Positions 8,601 to 16,650 of a DNA stretch of 64,000 nucleotides are shown here, piece after piece. Each line of letters starts with the position of its first letter. Position 1 is the first letter of the stretch. This stretch comes from an uncultured Candidatus Saccharibacteria bacterium. GTDB lineage: Bacteria; Patescibacteriota; Saccharimonadia; Saccharimonadales; AWTP1-31. The notes under the pieces are model-generated. The model was given only the letters and a program-made list of their open reading frames with translations. It was not told the origin of the DNA and searched no databases. The position numbers and the translations under genes were made by a program. Where the stretch lies: NCBI GenBank assembly GCA_964629815.1, contig CAZVTA010000002.1, forward strand, positions 130,096-194,095, in the 5' to 3' direction.

Positions 8601-8749
8601 TTGTTGGCGAAGATCTCATTACACAGTCTGCGGCAGCAGATGAAGTCATGGCAGAGCGAGAGAACGCAGGTAAACCTGGGGGTGGCGGCGGACCCACAAC
8701 GCCAGGCGATGCTGGCTTTACTCCGAGTGGGTTCGGCGGTGGTTCATAA
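5699..8749 (+). CDS. Giant polytopic T4SS membrane protein, VirB6/TrbL-like core with large N- and C-terminal extensions
   Basis: 1016 aa. The signal peptide ends ...FPVSVHA and is followed by a Cys-containing exposed domain of about 330 aa. A block of several TM helices spans roughly residues 365-590 of the protein. A soluble tail of about 430 aa ends in the Gly-rich sequence GKPGGGGGPTTPGDAGFTPSGFGGGS. The VirB6 assignment rests on topology and position upstream of VirB3/VirB4-like genes. Confidence 0.5.
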   Translation: MTTKHKLFGLARLWQFLAVSLYVLFLTFSAFPVSVHADTKPLDQRAKAFQAARALFACSTRSGFIVNTFGADRSKKELNDGGIFRGVGQGGPSGTSEPTGYLIDGEDGLAQCSSAEDIKDIFNDLGITDIAQFMVDAGVFKIAGDFSGYDIVDKSDADRAIAIAKKIGKDFGVDVSKATMSDDDMKYYVLWKAFKAKCATGSPSSSGITVQEVDLTTGVKKSPADKYVMELEDGDIINVGYGPQADGKMQCTTIVNALNRYADAFAKSQAALYAKDPNAASASTDTSTAERELDFQCTGSWNPLTWFMCPLVNAFKETIDALDGEIIKMLTINTDRYFDDSCSDATCSTAQGFKKVWSSMRTLSVALLVIAGLVMVIGTAIGDGIFDAYTVKKIFPRILIAILGISVSWPLLIFIVDIFNTLGVGVRSLIQAPFQNLFTTPITIGGGQLSLGALGAVGIGLSLGILGLLSFVATAFLAVAIAFITLIFREMLVVLLVITAPIAIAFFILPNTQKAGKLWWETLEKALIAFPIISAFIAIGRVFALIFSQPENGSSSSGTVKGFIAFIAYFAPYFLIPQAFKMAGGALGNLSGMVNDRGRGAFDRLRNFRSERQKDRIKGFRGGGIYDKSTRRGQFGNKLGSYIFNADEKLPYVIGKRGGKYNPFGKTAARLGSEIEETALEQSQKFAQKAQAAGMNAEALAAASGVFGGLSGIYKGEDGDVNNGKNISDVLYERFGENGPKSIEDFQDAARILSRSDSETERIGGNALMGFAGTAGTTHRDREMGYVDVGAAMMMERARQGFASTEEIAEMGNRIAHEHGASAAQAFVTRAQLLGQAQRPDMKMGYGVLFDEKTGEFYSGVTGNAQVGGETTSDPERQKRLNERQERSTARAKELIKTLKQGDIMGAKAPMIKSLASGFVEMANETTADGKPTDQAIAIRQIIRQNLSAYAGNDAKAKQHWRDIAGSVVGEDLITQSAAADEVMAERENAGKPGGGGGPTTPGDAGFTPSGFGGGS

Positions 8750-8768
8750 AGACAACAAGGACTAGTCC

Positions 8769-9809
8769 ATGGCAACATATAAAGTACTACAAGACATAGA
8801 GGCAGAAGATAAATTCCTTGGGCCGCTAACGCTCAAGCAGTTTATCTTTGTTGCCATAACACTCCTTTGTCTGTATATTAGCTTCTTTTCGCTAAGCCGT
8901 GGTTTTGGCTGGGTGGCGTTAATTCTACTACCAATAGAGCTCGTTCTTGGTTTTTTGGGCATACCCTGGGGGCGAGACCAGCCTACCGAAGTATGGCTAC
9001 TGGCTAAGCTGCGTTTTTACTTTAAACCCCGGCGACGAATATGGGACCAAACCGGCCTACAAGAATTGGTTAAAATTACCGTTCCAAAAAAAGTCGAACA
9101 GTACACCAGCGACAACCTCTCCCAAACCGAAGTTAAAAGCCGTTTGCGCGCTCTTGCAGATACTATTGATAGCCGTGGTTGGATTATTAAAAACGTTAAC
9201 GTAAATATGTTTAACCAACCTGCGTATGGTGCAGCTGGTGCGAGCGATCGATTAGTAAGTCTCGATGCTGTAGCCCAAACGGAGACCGACGCCACTGCGT
9301 CTGCCGCCGACGATATTTTTGATAACACTCGCGCAGCACAAATAGGCAGCCAAATTAGCGAATCTACTCAGAAACATCGCAACGACATTGTTACCCAAGT
9401 TAAGACCGCCGCCAACCCCACCCCAACACCTCAACCTGACTTATGGTTTATGAACACAAGCTCCGCCCCTGAAAACGTCGTGCGGCCTGGCAGCGCAACA
9501 AACAGCGACGAACTTCCGTCTACGTTTAAGCAGCCCGATACCCTCAGTCCAAGCGACCAGGCTTTACTCACGCGAATCCATCAAGAAAAAATGCGAGAGC
9601 ACCAGGCGTTTAACCATCGCAAACATGTTGACCCTATGCGGGCAACACAATTACCGATTCCTCCTGCACAAACAATGACAACGACCCCTAATCCTGCTAC
9701 AATTGAACTTGCTAGAAACAACGATCGAACTGTGGAAAGTTTAAGCCGAGAGGCAAACAAATCTTTACCGACACAGGACGATGATGAAGTCGTAATATCA
9801 CTTCATTAA
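8769..9809 (+). CDS. PrgI/VirB3-like small-membrane-domain protein with long low-complexity C-terminal extension
   Basis: The N-terminus YKVLQDIEAEDKFLGPLTLKQFIFVAITLLCLYISFF, followed by a second TM (GWVALILLPIELVLGFLGI), matches the PrgI-family pattern found immediately upstream of Gram-positive VirB4 genes. About 230 further residues are Pro/Thr/Gln-rich. Confidence 0.55.
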   Translation: MATYKVLQDIEAEDKFLGPLTLKQFIFVAITLLCLYISFFSLSRGFGWVALILLPIELVLGFLGIPWGRDQPTEVWLLAKLRFYFKPRRRIWDQTGLQELVKITVPKKVEQYTSDNLSQTEVKSRLRALADTIDSRGWIIKNVNVNMFNQPAYGAAGASDRLVSLDAVAQTETDATASAADDIFDNTRAAQIGSQISESTQKHRNDIVTQVKTAANPTPTPQPDLWFMNTSSAPENVVRPGSATNSDELPSTFKQPDTLSPSDQALLTRIHQEKMREHQAFNHRKHVDPMRATQLPIPPAQTMTTTPNPATIELARNNDRTVESLSREANKSLPTQDDDEVVISLH

Positions 9810-9833
9810 AAACGTTCCGGGGTGGAATAAAAT

Positions 9834-10763
9834 ATGGATCCGTCACAACCGTACCAGTCTCAGCCGGCAAATCAATACACCGGCAGTCCCTACCAGCAAG
9901 GCGCTGGGCAAGTGCCATACCCTCCACAATTTCAAGCACCTGCACCTGGTCAACCAGGCATACAGGCCCCAGCTCCACAGCAGTTTCCAGGAGCAGCTCC
10001 ACAGCCTCAGCAAGGGCCAGTAGCGCCAAAGGCCAACCCAAACAGTACACAAAACGCGCTACAAATAGCAGAAATTCGTGACGGTATCGTCATTATGAAC
10101 GATGGTTCATTTAGATCGGTCATTATGGTTAAATCCATTAACTTCGACCTAATGAGCCCCCAGGAAAGAGAAGCGGTAGAGTTCAGTTATCAAGGCTTCC
10201 TAAACTCGCTGTATTTTCCGATTCAAATCACCGTGCGATCACAAAAAGTCGACCTAACCCCCTACATTGACAAGCTCGATAAGATTCGCAGCGAACACGA
10301 AAATATGCTGCTTGCACTCCTTATGGACGACTACATTACCTATATGGACCAGCTTAGCCAACAAACAAATATTATGGACAAGAGGTTTTACCTTGTAATA
10401 CCGTATTTTCCGGTAGCAGACATGCAAAAAACGTTGCACGAAAGCAAAAAGCTCGTGAGTGGATTGGGTGCATTATTTAGCCCTAAACCACAAAAACAAG
10501 TCGTCATTAACGAGGCAGACCTAGAAAACGCCAAAGCAGAGCTGCGTAACCGTGTACAAGCAGTACTTGCTGGGCTCATGCAATGCAATATTCAAGGGCT
10601 CCCGCTCGATACCCAAGAATTGATCGAACTATACTATGATAATTACAACCCCGACACGGCGACGCGACAACAACTCAAGAACTTCAACGACCTTTCGGCG
10701 CCGGTCGTGACCAAAGGTCAAGGTCTTGCGCCACAACCAGGACTAGATAAGGAGCTGTACTAA
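9834..10763 (+). CDS. VirB4 N-terminal-domain-like protein with Pro/Gln-rich N-terminus (possible split VirB4 part 1)
   Basis: Residues 1-70 are PQ-rich (QPYQSQPANQYTGSPYQQGAGQVPYPPQFQAPAPGQPGIQAPAPQQFPGAAPQPQQGP). Next comes TQNALQIAEIRDGIVIMNDGSFRSVIMVKSINFDLMSPQEREAVEFSYQGFLNSLYFPIQITVRSQKVDL. That stretch follows the pattern I recall from the first domain of Gram-positive VirB4/TraE proteins. The stop overlaps the next start (TAATG). Confidence 0.45.
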   Translation: MDPSQPYQSQPANQYTGSPYQQGAGQVPYPPQFQAPAPGQPGIQAPAPQQFPGAAPQPQQGPVAPKANPNSTQNALQIAEIRDGIVIMNDGSFRSVIMVKSINFDLMSPQEREAVEFSYQGFLNSLYFPIQITVRSQKVDLTPYIDKLDKIRSEHENMLLALLMDDYITYMDQLSQQTNIMDKRFYLVIPYFPVADMQKTLHESKKLVSGLGALFSPKPQKQVVINEADLENAKAELRNRVQAVLAGLMQCNIQGLPLDTQELIELYYDNYNPDTATRQQLKNFNDLSAPVVTKGQGLAPQPGLDKELY

Positions 10764-12679
10764 TGGCATTCGGTAAGAAAAAAGATCAGCCCATGGACCC
10801 GGTTGCGCTTGCCCAAGCACAGCGAGCAATGGAAGAGCAAGAGGTTCAGGCTGCGTTTCAGAAGGGCGTTACGGCGCTGCGCGACTTTATTGCACCGAGC
10901 TCGTTAGTATTCGAAAACTCCTACTTCCACCTTGGCACCAGAATTGCGCGTACATTCTACGTGTATGGATATCCTCGGCAAATATTTACGGGCTGGCTTA
11001 GCAGCATGGTTAACCTTGACGAAGTTATTGACCTGAGCATGTATATCTACCCTGTAGAAAGCCAAGTTGTACTCGAAAACCTCAAGAAAAAAGTAACACA
11101 GCTCGAAGCAGGACTACAGATTGATGCAGAAAAGGGAAGGGTTCGCGACCCAGGTAAACAAGCGGCAATTATGGATGCCGAGGAAATGCGCGACAAACTA
11201 CAGGTTGGAGAAGAGCGGTTCTTCCGTTTTGGATTGTATTTTACGATCTATGCCAACAGTATCGATGAGCTTGAATTTGTCACCCATAAAGTAGAGTCGA
11301 TTCTTGGGCAACAGCTCATATACTCAAAAGCTGCTACCTCGCAACAAGAACAAGGCTTTAATAGCACCATTCCACAGTTTAGTGATCAGCTGCAAATTCG
11401 CCGTAATATGAACACCGGCGCCATAAGCACCAGCTTTCCGTTCACCAGCGCCGACCTCAGTCAAGACAACGGCATTTTGTATGGCATTAATATGCATAAC
11501 TCTGGTCTGGTTATTTTTGACCGTTTCAGTCTAGAAAACGGCAACTCTGTTGTGTTTGCAAAGTCTGGTGCCGGTAAGTCTTTTGCAGTTAAGCTCGAAG
11601 CGCTCCGAAGCATGATGTTTGGCACCGAAATCTTCATCATAGACCCAGAGAACGAATATCAGCGTATGTGCGACGCGGTTGGCGGTTCGTACATACGCCT
11701 GAGCCTTAACTCTGCTACACGCATTAATCCGTTCGACCTACCGAAGGTCATCGATGCAGAAGAAGCGGATAATGCACTCCGTAGCAACATTATTACGCTG
11801 CACGGATTACTGCGATTGATGATGGGCGGCGCACAAGCACAAATGGTCGCAGGTGGCATTGCATCTATGCCTGCACTCAGCCCTGTCGAAGAATCTGACC
11901 TCGATGCCGCATTAATTGAGACCTATGCAAAGGCAGGCATAACCAACGACCCACTCACGCACACCGCCGTCCCACCAACTATTGCAGACCTATATGACAC
12001 ACTCCTTCACATGGGCGGAACAGGCCCACAGCTCGCACAAAGACTACGTAAATACACCACCGGTACATTCGCTGGCATATTCTCTCAGCAATCTAACACC
12101 GACATCAATAATCCAATGGTTGTGTTTAATATTCGCGACCTCGAAGATGAACTTCGACCGGTTGCCATGTATATTGTCCTAAACTACATATGGAACAAAA
12201 CAAAGAGCGACAAACGCAAGCGCATACTCATTGTTGACGAAGCTTGGCAGCTCATGAAGTACGAAGACTCTGCAAACTTTCTCTTCAGCCTTGCAAAACG
12301 AGCACGAAAATACAATCTTGGCATCACTACTATAAGCCAAGATGTTGAAGACTTTATGGCTTCTCGTATGGGACGCGCAATTGTGGCAAACGCGAGTATG
12401 CAGCTCCTACTGAAGCAATCTTCGAGTGCCGTCGATGTTCTTGCTGATGTCTTTAAGTTAACGAGCGAGGAGCGAAAACGCCTCAGCCAATTCCCTGTGG
12501 GTCAAGGCTTATTTTTTGCCGGACAAAGCCATGTGCATATTCAAATTTCTGCAAGCCCTACCGAAATGAGTCTAATTACCACCAACCCAGACCAAGTAAG
12601 ACAGATCGAACAGCAAGGCGAGCTGAATATGCCACAAGGAACGATAGATCTGTCGAATAGGCTAACTCCAGGAGTTTAG
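10763..12679 (+). CDS. VirB4/TraE/PrgJ-type T4SS ATPase
   Basis: Walker A is FAKSGAGKSF and Walker B is RILIVDEAWQL. The N-terminal region FIAPSSLVFENSYFHLGTRIARTFYVYGYPRQIFTGWLSSMVNL is typical of VirB4 family proteins. Length is 638 aa. Confidence 0.85.
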   Translation: MAFGKKKDQPMDPVALAQAQRAMEEQEVQAAFQKGVTALRDFIAPSSLVFENSYFHLGTRIARTFYVYGYPRQIFTGWLSSMVNLDEVIDLSMYIYPVESQVVLENLKKKVTQLEAGLQIDAEKGRVRDPGKQAAIMDAEEMRDKLQVGEERFFRFGLYFTIYANSIDELEFVTHKVESILGQQLIYSKAATSQQEQGFNSTIPQFSDQLQIRRNMNTGAISTSFPFTSADLSQDNGILYGINMHNSGLVIFDRFSLENGNSVVFAKSGAGKSFAVKLEALRSMMFGTEIFIIDPENEYQRMCDAVGGSYIRLSLNSATRINPFDLPKVIDAEEADNALRSNIITLHGLLRLMMGGAQAQMVAGGIASMPALSPVEESDLDAALIETYAKAGITNDPLTHTAVPPTIADLYDTLLHMGGTGPQLAQRLRKYTTGTFAGIFSQQSNTDINNPMVVFNIRDLEDELRPVAMYIVLNYIWNKTKSDKRKRILIVDEAWQLMKYEDSANFLFSLAKRARKYNLGITTISQDVEDFMASRMGRAIVANASMQLLLKQSSSAVDVLADVFKLTSEERKRLSQFPVGQGLFFAGQSHVHIQISASPTEMSLITTNPDQVRQIEQQGELNMPQGTIDLSNRLTPGV

Positions 12680-12685
12680 TGCATC

Positions 12686-15388
12686 GTGGTTAATAAACTC
12701 GAAGAAAAACCCTCTGGAATATACGACGAAGACGATAATTCATGGCAGCAACCATCTCGCTATAGCGACGACGAGACCAATCTTGCAGACCTCGAAGACG
12801 ACTTCGCATCAGCACCCACAGCCGACAAAAGTCGACCCGATAGCCAGCCGTCCGACAGCGATCCTAAACAAGATCTAGCAGAAAGAGAAAACGGCGAAAA
12901 CGCACCAACAACTTCCGAATCTGAAGATAATGATGATGATTTTGGGTTCACCGAAGAAGAGGAGCCTACCGGTCGCCTTGGGCGATTACGAGACAGAGCC
13001 GGCAGAGGATCGCGTAATTATAAGCGTTTTCTTGACCGCGTAGATCGAGAGTCGCTAATCATGCGACTCATGAGCAACAAAATCTTTGCCGGCATAGGTA
13101 TTGGTAGCGGGGCTATAGCAATAGTGCTCATTATTGTGTTTATGCTCTTTTTTGGCAACATGAAAATCTTACACCTTGCAGAAAACATCACAACATGGAA
13201 CATGGCTCGCGCAGCGCGTTCTTATCGAATTAGTCTTTCACAGACAACTGCAGAGTCTATTGAGGCAGACGCGGCAGCAGAGTCTCGTCTCGGTGCACTT
13301 CGCTCACGGTTTCAGGACTCTAAAATCTTTGCAGCCTACGAAAAATATAATACGTACCGCCCAGAAAAAATGCTTGCGAAGTTTGAGACAAAGCTGACGC
13401 CAAAATTTGTTGAAGGTCCTCCAAGCAAGATACTCAAACGACCGACCAAGCAATTTCTTGGCTGGGAATACGAGGGTGTATTAATAGAAAAGACCGATTC
13501 AAAGTTCTTTACCCCAATACAAAACTATAAAGATAAACTACGATTTGCTGCAGAGTTTGACGCACTACTGGAGCGCGAGTCGATAGGCGCAAACAGCTAC
13601 GTGCGGAGCCAGGTGCTCAAAAAGGCCCTTCGTGCACGCGGTATCAAATTGCGCGTTTGGGATAAGGCTTTCCTAAAAAAAATCACCCCTGAAGCCGCAG
13701 AATCAATGACGCAAGCCTTGTCTTATGAACGGTCAAAAACGCCACGTGCTTCTGGGTGTATTTCTTCTGAAGTCTGCGCAGCTCGAGATAAGGCCGACGA
13801 TGCCGTTGAGGAGGTGGTCAAGAACGCAAAAAATGAAACTGCAGATGAAGTAGGAGAAAAGGCCGACGATGCTGCCGCTAAAGTTCTACAAGATACCATT
13901 GGCACTAAAGTGAACTCGGTTCTACAAACTACTTCTGCAGTATATGCGGTCGCCGTGCCGCTATGTCTTGTATTCGACGGGTCGATAGAAAACTCCAAAG
14001 ACGCAACCGATAACAAAGAGTCGGCTTTGCAAAATCAATACTTTCTTGTTCGCACCGCAGCCGATCAAATTAAGGCCGGTGATACAAATTCAACCGCGAT
14101 ATCCGGCCTTAGCAAAAAATTAGGAGAGATTAACGACTCAGTTCCCGTTCGGCGGGCCAATGGAGAGAACATTAACACCGTTCAGGAGATTAACCCTAGC
14201 GGCCAACCTCAGGCCAGCGCAACCGGCACATACAGCTTACTCAATGTGCTTTTAGATCGATTTGGTATTCCGCAAGCAGTATTAGACACAGCTAACTCTG
14301 GCGCACAGAAAACCTGCCGCGTACTTACTGACATTAAAACCGGCATAGCCTTGACTGCCGTAGAATTAGGGCTTGCGGTCTTTTCGCTAGGAAGCAGTGA
14401 AGGAGCGCTTAAGACCGCCTCTACTGGATTCGGCACTCTCATTAAGACCAGCTTTAGTAAGTTTTTAACGCGCGCAGGCCTCGAAACAGGTATTAAGGAA
14501 GCTGGGACATTGACAGCGTCTCGTCTTATTGCCCGAGAAACTATGAGATCGGGAAGCCGTCTTGCTTTAAAAATCGGTCTCCAGGTGGGCGCAACAATAG
14601 GTGCAACCGAATTAGCAAAAATGATTGTTTTACATCACATGAACGGTGGTGTTAACGGGCTTGCCACCAATGCTAATGCTGCAACTCAGGCAGATATGGG
14701 CGGAAACTTAAAAGCACAAGAAGATGGTCAGAAGGTCCTCTATGGCAGGCCTATGCTTAAAAATGAGGTCGCTGCGTCCGTTGTCGCAGACAACGCCTAT
14801 ATTAAAAGCAATGTCGCTCGACTTCCATTTAAAGAGCGCTACTTTGCGATAACAAATCCGTTTTCGTTTGTTTCCAAAATGGGTTTTGCATTTTCTAGTT
14901 TTACGCAAAAGTTCACTAACACGAATAGTTTTGTTCCAACCATATTAGGCTCGGTCAAGCAAAGCACACTTAGGGTTGCGTCAACACTAACGTCTTCACA
15001 AAAGGCGCGCGCCGAAGAAACAATCGAAGGAGCTGGGCCATACAATATTGTTCAATGGGGGTGGAGCGAAGAAGAGAATAATATTGTACAAAACAACCCT
15101 GACTACGCTCCCATCGATAACGAGATTGCCGTTACTTCTAGCGGCAAAGAAGAAGAGATACAAAAAGAATATGGCGATTGCTTTACTAAAACCATGGGCG
15201 AATTACTTGCCAATAAAGATATCCAGCGAACCGCTGAGGGCGAGGTTATAAAAGATGCCGGTAAATGTTCGCCCGATAATCTTGGCATAAACAATAAAAA
15301 ATATGGCGACCTCGTATTTCGATGGAGGCTTAAGATGCGTAACGATAATGTGCTACAACAGGCACTCGATATTCAGGAGGCGCCATAA
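12686..15388 (+). CDS. Hypothetical T4SS-associated bitopic protein (acidic cytoplasmic N-terminus, one TM, ~740-aa external region)
   Basis: GTG start 7 nt after the virB4 stop. The first ~130 residues are acidic and disordered (DDETNLADLEDDF...SESEDNDDDFGFTEEEE). The TM is IFAGIGIGSGAIAIVLIIVFMLFF. No domain recognised. Confidence 0.5.
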   Translation: MVNKLEEKPSGIYDEDDNSWQQPSRYSDDETNLADLEDDFASAPTADKSRPDSQPSDSDPKQDLAERENGENAPTTSESEDNDDDFGFTEEEEPTGRLGRLRDRAGRGSRNYKRFLDRVDRESLIMRLMSNKIFAGIGIGSGAIAIVLIIVFMLFFGNMKILHLAENITTWNMARAARSYRISLSQTTAESIEADAAAESRLGALRSRFQDSKIFAAYEKYNTYRPEKMLAKFETKLTPKFVEGPPSKILKRPTKQFLGWEYEGVLIEKTDSKFFTPIQNYKDKLRFAAEFDALLERESIGANSYVRSQVLKKALRARGIKLRVWDKAFLKKITPEAAESMTQALSYERSKTPRASGCISSEVCAARDKADDAVEEVVKNAKNETADEVGEKADDAAAKVLQDTIGTKVNSVLQTTSAVYAVAVPLCLVFDGSIENSKDATDNKESALQNQYFLVRTAADQIKAGDTNSTAISGLSKKLGEINDSVPVRRANGENINTVQEINPSGQPQASATGTYSLLNVLLDRFGIPQAVLDTANSGAQKTCRVLTDIKTGIALTAVELGLAVFSLGSSEGALKTASTGFGTLIKTSFSKFLTRAGLETGIKEAGTLTASRLIARETMRSGSRLALKIGLQVGATIGATELAKMIVLHHMNGGVNGLATNANAATQADMGGNLKAQEDGQKVLYGRPMLKNEVAASVVADNAYIKSNVARLPFKERYFAITNPFSFVSKMGFAFSSFTQKFTNTNSFVPTILGSVKQSTLRVASTLTSSQKARAEETIEGAGPYNIVQWGWSEEENNIVQNNPDYAPIDNEIAVTSSGKEEEIQKEYGDCFTKTMGELLANKDIQRTAEGEVIKDAGKCSPDNLGINNKKYGDLVFRWRLKMRNDNVLQQALDIQEAP

Positions 15389-16644
15389 TGTACAGCATTC
15401 GTCGAATACTTCAATCTTCCGTGTACGTTTCGCTAGCCCTTTTGCTGATATGTAATACTGTTTTTATTAAACAACGCGTCGAAGCATCGATCACTAAGTG
15501 CGACCTTAAGTCGATACTGGAAGACACTACGAACTACGATAGCTGCGAAGAACTCATCCAATGTTCTACACTCGACATAAGCGGTAACGATAATATAAAA
15601 ATAGCCTTTGAGTATTTTACGCTTAAAGGCCTAACACCCGAGCAATCTGCGGGCATTGTGGGGAACTTAATCCAAGAATCAAACGTCAATCCGTTTGCAG
15701 AAGAAAATCCTGGCACAGACTCTGGGGGCAAGGGAATCGCACAATGGACCGGAGGTAGACGTATTGATTTTGAAGATGCGGCGGCCGCAGCAGGAGTATT
15801 AACGCGAAAGGCAGATTATGATCGACTTGGCTCCGATCAAGAAAAGAACGATGCACGTTTAAAGGCACTGCAGTTTAACCTCGACTATCTTTGGCAAGAG
15901 GGAACTTCGCGAGGCGACATAGATAAGCTGCGCACTGAGGGTGTCGATATTGCGTCCTCGGTCGTTTCATGGGAAAAGTGGTTTGAACGAGCCGGCAAAC
16001 CAGTTCTTGCCAATAGGCTTGCAGGAGCAAATGCTGCCTACAACAAATACGCGGCGAGCGCACCCACAACTGGCGAAGGCGGTGCTGCGGCGAGCGCTGG
16101 GTGTACGGGCTCAGCCCTCGCCCAGCAAGTTGTTGAAATCGCACTTGCCGAGGTGGGCATAAAAGAAGGGACACCTGAGTGTAATAAATACTTCGAAGGA
16201 AGCGGCATCACTTGTTCGACCGCTTGGTGTGCAGCCTTTACACGATGGGTATTCAAGCGTGCGGGCGCAGAGGTTGGGGGCGGCAATCGCGCAAAAGGCG
16301 TCGGCGAATGGTTTGAAAAAAATAAATTCTTCTTCCGTTGGAACGAACAATATAGGCCTCAACCTGGAGACATATTCGTAAAGGGTAGGGAGGGTTCTGG
16401 CACGACCTGGACTGGATCTGGTCATATTGGTATCGTTGTTGCAGTTAATGGCTACTCTATTGAAACCGTGGAAGGAAATTCCGGAAATAAAGTAAGTAAA
16501 AATACCTATAGCGACTATAGCCTCATACCTCAGCTCATTGGTTTTGGGCGCTTTACAGACCCCGGTAGTGTACAAAAAGATCCAAGCTACACACCTCCTG
16601 GTGGGGGCGCAATCTACGAAGACACGAGTGAAAACGAGGAGTAG
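15388..16644 (+). CDS. Bifunctional peptidoglycan hydrolase (lysozyme-like domain + CHAP domain), VirB1/PrgK/CwlT analog
   Basis: There is an N-terminal anchor. The lysozyme-like motif is GLTPEQSAGIVGNLIQESNVNPFAEENPGTDSGGKGIAQWTGGRR. The C-terminal CHAP domain has catalytic Cys context CSTAWCAAFTRWVF and His context GHIGIVVAV...VEGNSG. The start overlaps the upstream stop (TAATG). Confidence 0.75.
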   Translation: MYSIRRILQSSVYVSLALLLICNTVFIKQRVEASITKCDLKSILEDTTNYDSCEELIQCSTLDISGNDNIKIAFEYFTLKGLTPEQSAGIVGNLIQESNVNPFAEENPGTDSGGKGIAQWTGGRRIDFEDAAAAAGVLTRKADYDRLGSDQEKNDARLKALQFNLDYLWQEGTSRGDIDKLRTEGVDIASSVVSWEKWFERAGKPVLANRLAGANAAYNKYAASAPTTGEGGAAASAGCTGSALAQQVVEIALAEVGIKEGTPECNKYFEGSGITCSTAWCAAFTRWVFKRAGAEVGGGNRAKGVGEWFEKNKFFFRWNEQYRPQPGDIFVKGREGSGTTWTGSGHIGIVVAVNGYSIETVEGNSGNKVSKNTYSDYSLIPQLIGFGRFTDPGSVQKDPSYTPPGGGAIYEDTSENEE

Positions 16645-16650
16645 GGCACT

